Shown piece after piece: positions 25,819-32,807 of a stretch of DNA of 64,000 nt. The first letter of the stretch is position 1, and every line of letters begins with the position of its first letter. A program made the translations under genes and the position numbers. The notes below the pieces were generated by a model. That model was not told the origin of the DNA. It worked only from the letters and a program-made list of their open reading frames with translations, and searched no databases. The DNA lies in NCBI GenBank assembly GCA_050250135.1, contig JBFWPF010000004.1, positions 1,893 to 65,892 on the forward strand, given 5' to 3'. Source of the DNA: Parachlamydiales bacterium (GTDB lineage Bacteria; Chlamydiota; Chlamydiia; Chlamydiales; JAFEGQ01).

Positions 25819-27035
25819 ACGGCATGGAAACCCAGTCCTTCAGGTCTGGGAGGAAATGCCGTCTCCTGGTTGGTGTTGTGTCAAAATTGCGCATTCTAGA
25901 TAATCCTCTTACGTGCCCACCAAAACCGTCTGTTGCAAGCTTTCGACCACTGACGAGCAGTCGAGAGCTCTTGTCGATACCAGCCGCCGCTACTCGGATG
26001 CCTGTAACCTTGTCCTTCAGAGAGCCATTGTGGAGAAGACCCACAATCCCATCAAGCTCCACAAGCTGTGTTACAACGAAATCCGGGAGTGTTTTGGACT
26101 GTCTGCCAACCTTGCGGTTCGCGCTATCCGCCGCGTGTCAGGCAATTTAACCCGCCTACAGGGTGCAAGAAAGCGGCCTAGGCGATTTCAGCCAAGGAGT
26201 GTCGATTACGATGCTCGAATCTTCTCCTTTTGGGGCCAGAAGGAGCTCGTTTCCCTGACCACTACGCAAGGAAGGATCCGCCTGCCTATGGTGTTAGGTG
26301 ATTTCCAAAGGGGAGCTCTTGAGGGACAGACTCCTACTTCGGCCACTGTGATCAACAAGGGGGGTGTCTGGTACATCCACATTGTCGTCGAATATAACTC
26401 CGAAACCGCTCTGGGAGACGGCGTGATGGGTATCGATTTGGGCATCACGAACATAGTCGCCACCTCGACTGGTCATCTGGAACAGGGGGACTCAAGGCAG
26501 ACATACAAAGCCAAACGGGCTGCTATTCGTGCCAGCTTGCAGTCCAAGGGAACGCGGGGAGCCCGGAGGCTTCTGCGCAAATTGTCAGGCCGAGAGAATC
26601 GGTCTATCCGTCACCAGAACCACCTCTTGTCTAAACAGCTGATTGAGGAAGCCAAAAGGCACAAATGCGGTGTGATCCGCATGGAACAGCTTAAGGGGAT
26701 CCGCAGCAGAACCAAGACATGGAATAAACACAGGAACCGGATGGTTTCGGGCTGGAGTTTTTACCAGCTGCAGCAGTTTGTCCTCTACAAGGGAAACGCT
26801 GTCGGGATCACCGTTGAGTGGATCGATCCTGCTTACACGAGCCAGACCTGCCATTCCTGTTTGCAACTGGGCTCTCGTGAGTGGGAGCAATTTTGCTGTA
26901 CAACCTGTGGCGATTGCCATGCTGATTTCAATGCGGCGTGTGTGATCTCCTTAGGCGGGGCTGTCTGTAAACCAGCCCGAATCAGCAGCGCTAGCTAGCT
27001 GAAAGCTTTCGCCTTTAGGCGAGAGTTGTTTACGT
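25819..27035 (+). mobile_element. TnpB-only IS200/IS605-family (IS1341-like) element, copy A
   Basis: About 89-90% identical by eye to 46187..47403. The left end has an imperfect palindrome, ACGGCATGGAAACCCAG-TCCTTCAGG-TCTGGGAGGAAATGCCGT (25819-25862). The right end has the hairpin CTTTCGCC-TTTA-GGCGAGAG (27006-27025). No tnpA is present. Boundaries are uncertain by about 15 nt. Confidence 0.8.
25913..26998 (+). CDS. tnpB: RNA-guided endonuclease TnpB (OrfB_IS605 + Zn ribbon)
   Basis: 361 aa with a GTG start. RuvC-I is GIDLGITN. RuvC-II glutamate is in VIRMEQLKG. The zinc ribbon is CHSC...CTTCGDC. RuvC-III is HADFNAA. AYTSQTC is typical of TnpB/Cas12. Confidence 0.9.
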   Translation: MPTKTVCCKLSTTDEQSRALVDTSRRYSDACNLVLQRAIVEKTHNPIKLHKLCYNEIRECFGLSANLAVRAIRRVSGNLTRLQGARKRPRRFQPRSVDYDARIFSFWGQKELVSLTTTQGRIRLPMVLGDFQRGALEGQTPTSATVINKGGVWYIHIVVEYNSETALGDGVMGIDLGITNIVATSTGHLEQGDSRQTYKAKRAAIRASLQSKGTRGARRLLRKLSGRENRSIRHQNHLLSKQLIEEAKRHKCGVIRMEQLKGIRSRTKTWNKHRNRMVSGWSFYQLQQFVLYKGNAVGITVEWIDPAYTSQTCHSCLQLGSREWEQFCCTTCGDCHADFNAACVISLGGAVCKPARISSAS

Positions 27036-28091
27036 CAGTTTGAGTCCTTCCATGGACAAGCCCGGCCCAAAGCCGACGCCGATGGTAGGGCCTCGCTTTT
27101 CGAGAAGCTCTTCGAGAACAAAAAGGAAGGTGGGGCTCGACATGTTTCCGTATTTGCGCAGCACCTCCCAAGAGGGGGCAAGCTGCTCTTTGGTCAGGCC
27201 GCAAGCCATGCCGATGCCGTGGAGTATCGCCTTGCCACCGGGATGGAAGGCCCACTGACACCCCTCAAGATCCCCAAAGCCGGCGACAAACTGCCTAATT
27301 TCTCGCCGTATGGAGAGGGGAACCTCCTCGGTCAGGGTCATCAGGTAGCCGGTATCCCCCGCCCGCCAGGTCATCTGGTCCAGGCTCTCTTCAAATGCCA
27401 GCGCCCGATGTTCCCCAATCTCCCACAGGGAGGTCTCATCGGCGGTGGGCTCACAGCCGACGACGACCGCTGCCGAGCCATCGGCAAAAAGGGCGTTGCT
27501 GACAAAGGCCTCGGGGTGGTTGTCGGCTTGGAAGTGGAGGGAGCAGAGCTCGGTGCAGATGGCGAGGATCCGGGCCTTTGGATTTTCCCGGGCAAAGGCC
27601 TTGGCGACCTTCAGCACACTAAAGGCGCCAAAGCACCCCATGTTGTTGATCCCCAGCCGGACCACACTCCGCCTCAATCCCAAGGCATCGGTAAGTAAAA
27701 ATTCGATTCCGGGGGCCATTACCCCGGTGCAGGAGGCGTGAAGGATGTGGGTGATCCCCTCTGGGTTGCCCCCCCACTGCTCGAGGGCCTTGCGGGCACT
27801 CTTTTCAGCGAGCTTAGGGGCCTCCCTCCAGTAGAGCTCATTGCGCCGCCCTGTCCCAGGGACCCTGTTGGGGTAGTCCTGGCCAAAAAGCTCGCCGCTC
27901 AGGGGGGACTGGAGGAAGTCCTGAGCCACTGTATACCGGTGCTCGATCCCTGAGCGGCAAAAGATCCGCCGGCACTTTTCGGCATCTGCCCCCTGGAGCC
28001 CAAGGGTTTGGATCACGCTTTCGACAATAACTTCTTGCCTCCCCCCGTGCTCAGGCAGGGCGGTCGCAAGGGAGAGGATGGAGGGGTTCAT
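27030..28091 (-). CDS. type III polyketide synthase (chalcone/stilbene synthase family)
   Basis: 353 aa. Active-site Cys in HASCTGVMAPG, His in WAFHPGGKAIL, Asn in YGNMSSPTFLFVL, and the C-terminal GFGPGLS. Confidence 0.9.
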   Translation of the reverse strand: MNPSILSLATALPEHGGRQEVIVESVIQTLGLQGADAEKCRRIFCRSGIEHRYTVAQDFLQSPLSGELFGQDYPNRVPGTGRRNELYWREAPKLAEKSARKALEQWGGNPEGITHILHASCTGVMAPGIEFLLTDALGLRRSVVRLGINNMGCFGAFSVLKVAKAFARENPKARILAICTELCSLHFQADNHPEAFVSNALFADGSAAVVVGCEPTADETSLWEIGEHRALAFEESLDQMTWRAGDTGYLMTLTEEVPLSIRREIRQFVAGFGDLEGCQWAFHPGGKAILHGIGMACGLTKEQLAPSWEVLRKYGNMSSPTFLFVLEELLEKRGPTIGVGFGPGLSMEGLKLT

Positions 28092-28290
28092 AGGGGCTAC
28101 AGTTTACCAGAGGGGGGGGATTTGCGACATAACTCAATGCCCTAGGGGGTTTACTCCTTCTTCCGCAATAACCTCTCTCTTGTTGCCAATCTGACCGATT
28201 CTCTTCAGAAAGGGGGAACCCGGTTTGGGGATTCACCTTACGATACTAAGAGGCCTAGTCGAAAAGTAGGCGCTTAGGGATGGTGGGGCT

Positions 28291-30633
28291 ATGCGACGCC
28301 CCACCTCCCTCTACCGGATCCAGTTTCACAGGGGCTTTACCCTTAGAGATGCCCTCCCCCTTCTCGATTATTGGAGCAGGCTTGGGATAAGCCACCTCTA
28401 CGCCTCACCGCTGACACTTGCGGTGCCCGGCAGCCTCCACGGCTACGATGTGCTCGACTATGGGCAGATCGATCCCGATCGGGGAAATGAAGAGGACCTT
28501 GAAGCCCTTGTCAATGGGCTGCGCGAGAGAGAGATGGGCCTTGTCCTCGATATCGTTCCGAATCACATGGCGATCTCCCATCCCGGTAACCGGTGGTGGT
28601 GGGATGTGCTCGAAAAGGGGCCAGGTTCTGCCTACGCAGGCTATTTCGACATCGACTGGGAGGGGGGGAAGGTGGTCCTCCCCTGTTTGGCCCGCCCCCT
28701 CGAGGAGGCGGTAGAGAGGGGAGAGCTGCGGCTGGTGGAAGAGGGGGGGCGCCCTTTGGTAGCGAGTTTCGAACGCCGCTTTCCGCTAAAGAGCGAGCCA
28801 AAAGGAAGGGAGCTGCTGGCGCTGCTAGCGGAGCAGCACTACGAGCTCTGCTACTGGCGAGAGGGGAGCCGCCGGATCAACTACCGCCGCTTTTTCGACA
28901 TCTATGACTTGGCAGGGCTAAGGGTGGAGGAGAGGCGGGTCTTCGACGATGTCCACCGGCTGGTTCTAGAGTGGGTAGGGCGGGGTTGGATCGATGGCCT
29001 CCGGATTGACCACGTCGATGGGATGGCCGACCCGACTCAGTACCTGATCGACCTGCGCAAAGCAGCCCCCCATGCTCTATTGTGGGTAGAAAAAATTTTA
29101 GTTGGAAAGGAGAGGCTTCCTGAGCAGTGGCCGGTCGAGGGGACCACGGGCTACGACTACCTCAACTCAGTGGGGGGGCTCTTTGTCGACTCGGGGAATC
29201 GGGAGCTCTTTGAGGCGATCTACCGGGAGTTTACCGGCATTCAGGAGGGGCCTCTGGAGGTAGTGGTGGAGGCAAAGCGGGAGGTTTTGGAGCGCTCCTT
29301 TATCAGCGAGGTGGAGCGGCTATCCGCACCGGGTAAAGAGGTGGTGCAGGCGGTGGCCGCAGCCTTTCCGGTCTACCGGACCTACTTTAGGCCGGGTGAG
29401 GAGACAGCGGAGGACCGGCCCCACCTCGAGGCGGCGATCGAGACCGCAAAGAGACTGCGCCCCTCCTTGGCTTCAGCCCTCGATGGGTTTCTAGAGCTCT
29501 TCTCGGAGAGGGGAGACTTCGTCCGGCGCTTTCAGCAGCTGACCGGCCCGGTGATGGCCAAAGGGGTAGAGGATACCGCCTTCTACCGCTACTTCCCGCT
29601 CGCTTCCGTCAATGAGGTGGGGGGAGAGGTGGGGGACTTTGGGGTGACGGTCGAGGAGTTCCATAAGCAAAATCGGGAGCGGCTAGAGAGATTCCCCCAT
29701 ACATTGCTGACCACCTCGACTCACGACACCAAGCGGTCGGGCGATGTCCGGATGCGGATCCACGCCCTCTCAGAGATACCGGAGGAGTGGAGCGCTGCTC
29801 TTCTCCGTTGGCACAGCGAAGCGAGCGGCTGGGGCATCGACCTTGATCCCAACACCGAGTATTTGCTTTATCAGACGATGGTGGGGGCGTGGCCCCACGG
29901 GTATGAGCCCGATTTTAGGGAGCGGCTCATCGCCTACATGGAGAAGGCGGGAAAGGAGGGGAAGGTCCAAACAAGCTGGACCGACCCCAATCCCGAGTAC
30001 TGGGAAAGGCTTGAGGCCTTTATCGGCCGGTGCCTTGATCCAGCTTGCCCCTTTCGCGAGGATTTCATCCGCTTAGCGGATCGGGTCGCCAAGGCAGGGC
30101 GGATGAATGGCCTCTCCCAGCTGGTGCTCAAGTTGGCCTCCCCCGGCATTCCCGAGTTTTACCAGGGGACGGAGCTTTACCAGCTCACCCTTGTCGACCC
30201 CGACAACCGCCGCCCTGTCGATTATGAGGGGAGGGTGTGGGCTCTCGGCGAGGTGGAGGAGAGGCTGCCGGCCGACTGTCCCGATCCGATTCAGAAGTTG
30301 GCGGTGATCCGCGCTGGTCTCCATCTTCGAAGGGCCCTACCAGAGCTATTCTGGAGGGGGCGCTACTTGCCTCTGGAGGTGCGGGGAGAGGGGGCTCGCC
30401 ATGTGATGGCTTTTGCTAGGGAGTGGGAGGGGAGGTGTGTCGTTGCAGCCGTGAGTCGGTTTTCCCTCCAATTCACCGGATGGGGGGAGACGACCGTTGT
30501 GCTGCCGCCGGAGGTAGCGGGGCGGTACCACGATACCCTCTCCCGTCAGGAATTTGAGGGGTTAGAGCTCTCAGCTGAGGCTCTCTTCAGCCGGATGCCG
30601 GTAGCTCTTCTGGAGCGAGGTTCCAGCTCCTAA
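28291..30633 (+). CDS. treY: malto-oligosyltrehalose synthase
   Basis: 780 aa. YRIQFH..FT, LGISHLYASPL, HGYDV.D, VLDIVPNHMA, NRWWWDVLEKG, YFDIDW, DGLRIDHVDG, TSTHDTKRS and IPEFYQGTE are present. Confidence 0.9.
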   Translation: MRRPTSLYRIQFHRGFTLRDALPLLDYWSRLGISHLYASPLTLAVPGSLHGYDVLDYGQIDPDRGNEEDLEALVNGLREREMGLVLDIVPNHMAISHPGNRWWWDVLEKGPGSAYAGYFDIDWEGGKVVLPCLARPLEEAVERGELRLVEEGGRPLVASFERRFPLKSEPKGRELLALLAEQHYELCYWREGSRRINYRRFFDIYDLAGLRVEERRVFDDVHRLVLEWVGRGWIDGLRIDHVDGMADPTQYLIDLRKAAPHALLWVEKILVGKERLPEQWPVEGTTGYDYLNSVGGLFVDSGNRELFEAIYREFTGIQEGPLEVVVEAKREVLERSFISEVERLSAPGKEVVQAVAAAFPVYRTYFRPGEETAEDRPHLEAAIETAKRLRPSLASALDGFLELFSERGDFVRRFQQLTGPVMAKGVEDTAFYRYFPLASVNEVGGEVGDFGVTVEEFHKQNRERLERFPHTLLTTSTHDTKRSGDVRMRIHALSEIPEEWSAALLRWHSEASGWGIDLDPNTEYLLYQTMVGAWPHGYEPDFRERLIAYMEKAGKEGKVQTSWTDPNPEYWERLEAFIGRCLDPACPFREDFIRLADRVAKAGRMNGLSQLVLKLASPGIPEFYQGTELYQLTLVDPDNRRPVDYEGRVWALGEVEERLPADCPDPIQKLAVIRAGLHLRRALPELFWRGRYLPLEVRGEGARHVMAFAREWEGRCVVAAVSRFSLQFTGWGETTVVLPPEVAGRYHDTLSRQEFEGLELSAEALFSRMPVALLERGSSS

Positions 30634-31183
30634 CTTCCAGGTGACTCCCCAAAAGAAAATCGCAGAGGTGGCCCGTGCTGACCTTGCGCCGCTCGGGGTC
30701 GAGGAGGCGGATCACCCCTCCACTTCCGACGCCAAGAATCACCGCATCGGAGGGGTACCTCTCCTTTAGCGCAGCAAACCAGCCCTCCAGCCCCTCTCGC
30801 ACTTCACCCTCACTCCCTCCAAAGAGCCCCTTTGGCCAGGTTCCCCGCTCTTGCCACTCGGTGTAGGCCTCGGGCCACCCCTCGATTAGCTCCGGGCCCG
30901 TTTTTCCCTCCCACGGCCCATAGTCGATCTCGTTGAGCGCCTCGGTGGTCAGAAGCTCGCCTGTATAGCCCATCGCTCTAGCGGCAATCTCGGCCGTCTC
31001 CCGCTGCCGCCTTAAGCTGCCCGAATAGATGGCCGCAATCGGTAGATCGCAGAGCGCCTCTCCGAGCGCCTGTGCTTGTGCCCGCCCACTCTCTACCAGG
31101 GGGAGATCGGTCTTGCTCCCAACTTGAAAGGGGGTGTCGCCAGGGCCAAAGGTGTTGCCATGCCGGGCAAGCAGGAGCCTCAT
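30587..31183 (-). CDS. histidine phosphatase family protein (phosphoglycerate mutase-like)
   Basis: 198 aa. The RHG motif appears in MRLLLARHGNT, and the second catalytic His region in LGVGSGGVIR is weak. Its start overlaps the kdsB stop (ATGA). Its 3' end overlaps the convergent treY by 47 nt. Confidence 0.75.
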   Translation of the reverse strand: MRLLLARHGNTFGPGDTPFQVGSKTDLPLVESGRAQAQALGEALCDLPIAAIYSGSLRRQRETAEIAARAMGYTGELLTTEALNEIDYGPWEGKTGPELIEGWPEAYTEWQERGTWPKGLFGGSEGEVREGLEGWFAALKERYPSDAVILGVGSGGVIRLLDPERRKVSTGHLCDFLLGSHLEVRSWNLAPEELPASG

Positions 31184-31947
31184 ACAAGTTCGCCCTCACG
31201 CTCGATGATCTCCTCTACGGTGGCGATATCCTCGGGGCGGTCGACCGAACCGTGAGTCCTTCCCCGGTAATCGACCTCCACAATGCGGATGGGGATCCCA
31301 TTCTCTAGGGCCCGCAATTGCTCGAGTCCCTCGGTTTTTTCAAGGGGGCTCTGCGGAAGCCTAGTGAGCCTAAGGAGAGCCTCCCTGCGGTAGGCGTAGA
31401 GGCCGATATGGCGGAAAATCTCCGGCTCCCCCTTTCGGGAGAAGGGGAGGAGCGCTTTTGAGAAGTAGAGCGCATCGCGATTAAGGTCGAAGACGACGGT
31501 CGTGCCGGTCGAGGAGCCCTCTCTTTTGGATTGGATGAAGGCGACTTTAGCCTCTCCCGTTAGGCGCACTGCGGGCGTTGCCACCTCCACGTTGGGGTGG
31601 CGCTCCATCTCATCCAGTAGAGCCTTGACGACCCAAGGGGGGGTTAGGGGCGCGTCCCCTTGCAAGACGAGGATGACAGCGGCATCGGGAAAGTGGTCGG
31701 CCACCTCAGCTGCTCTGTCGCTCCCCGTCTTGTGGGTGGGGTGGGTCATCACCACCTCTGCACCGAACCCCTTTGCAAAGTGGGCAAGCTCGGCATCGTC
31801 GGTCGCCACCACGACTTGGGCCCCCGCGGCCCTTCCAATTCGCCATACCCGCTCTACCATCGCCACCCCCTTAATTTTGGCCAGCGGCTTATTGGGAAAG
31901 CGGGTCGAGCCCATCCGGGCCGGAATGACAATCAGGGGGTGGGTCAT
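31180..31947 (-). CDS. kdsB: 3-deoxy-manno-octulosonate cytidylyltransferase (CMP-KDO synthetase)
   Basis: 255 aa. IVIPARMGSTRFPNKPLAKIKG, VVVATDD, LQGDAPL and GLYAYRR are present. Confidence 0.9.
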   Translation of the reverse strand: MTHPLIVIPARMGSTRFPNKPLAKIKGVAMVERVWRIGRAAGAQVVVATDDAELAHFAKGFGAEVVMTHPTHKTGSDRAAEVADHFPDAAVILVLQGDAPLTPPWVVKALLDEMERHPNVEVATPAVRLTGEAKVAFIQSKREGSSTGTTVVFDLNRDALYFSKALLPFSRKGEPEIFRHIGLYAYRREALLRLTRLPQSPLEKTEGLEQLRALENGIPIRIVEVDYRGRTHGSVDRPEDIATVEEIIEREGELV

Positions 31948-32076
31948 AGGTTGGAGCTTATTGCACTGGTAGATATGGGGTCAAGCATCTGATTATTAGC
32001 ACTTAAGGAAATAAGGAAAATTCCATTGAGGGAAAGTGGGAAATTCGGTAATATGGAAATAGGCAAGGAGGGAAAG

Positions 32077-32316
32077 ATGGAAAAGCTCGTAGAATCGGAT
32101 GGAAAGGGGCGGCTTACTCTAGGAACAAAGTACGCCTATTTAAGATTCATTGTCGAAGAAAAGGATGGGGACCTTGTGCTGAAGAAGGTGGTGGTTGTCC
32201 CCGAGAAGGAGCTGTGGCTCTATCAAAACCCTGAAGCTTTTCGCCTTGTGCAAGAGGGGCTTGAGCAAGCTAAGAGGGGAGAGCTCCACGACTACCCCCT
32301 AGATTTTACTGAGTAG
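32077..32316 (+). CDS. type II antitoxin, AbrB/SpoVT/MazE-like
   Basis: ORF 32026..32316. The ATG at 32077 follows AAGGAGGG. The N-terminus GRLTLGTKYA is a swapped-hairpin-like motif. The gene sits 2 nt upstream of the toxin gene, in an AT-richer islet. Confidence 0.65.
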   Translation: MEKLVESDGKGRLTLGTKYAYLRFIVEEKDGDLVLKKVVVVPEKELWLYQNPEAFRLVQEGLEQAKRGELHDYPLDFTE

Positions 32317-32318
32317 AC

Positions 32319-32636
32319 ATGTTCGCGCTAAAATGGACCAGCCGGGCAATTACGGACTTTGAGCGGATCAAGAGCGAGGGAGCTAAGAAAAAGGGGTCGC
32401 GCCAGGCAGGTCTGTTAAAACAGGTGACAAAGGCCCTTGAGATTTTGTCTCACAATCCGCGACATCCCGGGCTTCAGACGCATGCCTACTCACGGCTCCA
32501 GCACCCTTGGTCCCCCAAGGAAAAGGTTTTTGAGGCCTATGCGCAAAACCGCACTCCAGGCGCTTACCGCGTCATGTGGTGCTACGGTCCGGAGTCTGAC
32601 CAGATTACCATTTTGGCGATCATTCCCCATCCGTAG
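32319..32636 (+). CDS. type II toxin, RelE/ParE superfamily
   Basis: 105 aa. Size, position directly after a small antitoxin, and the C-terminal YRVMWCYG....ITILAIIPHP all resemble RelE/ParE-fold toxins. Confidence 0.62.
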   Translation: MFALKWTSRAITDFERIKSEGAKKKGSRQAGLLKQVTKALEILSHNPRHPGLQTHAYSRLQHPWSPKEKVFEAYAQNRTPGAYRVMWCYGPESDQITILAIIPHP

Positions 32637-32641
32637 GCTCT

Positions 32642-32747
32642 GCGTACGCCCTTAGAAAGTTATGGCGCCGTCCTCTTACTGCATCGGCCACCTTGTTGGC
32701 TCGATTCGCTAAGAGGCCGCCTGCCATAACTTTCTAAGGACGTACGC
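32642..32747. repeat. 106-nt imperfect palindrome (25-bp arms, 1 mismatch)
   Basis: GCGTACGCCCTTAGAAAGTTATGGC (32642-32666) pairs with GCCATAACTTTCTAAGGACGTACGC (32723-32747). Inner partial pairing is CCTCTTA / TAAGAGG. It starts 6 nt after the toxin stop. The core TAAGGGCGTAC resembles the TAGGGCGT core of the 13656 and 35575 repeats. Confidence 0.75.
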
Positions 32748-32807
32748 TCTCCCCTTTTCATAAAACGGTTTACATTCTATACGCGGGAGAGGAAGAGGAG
32801 GTAGGGT

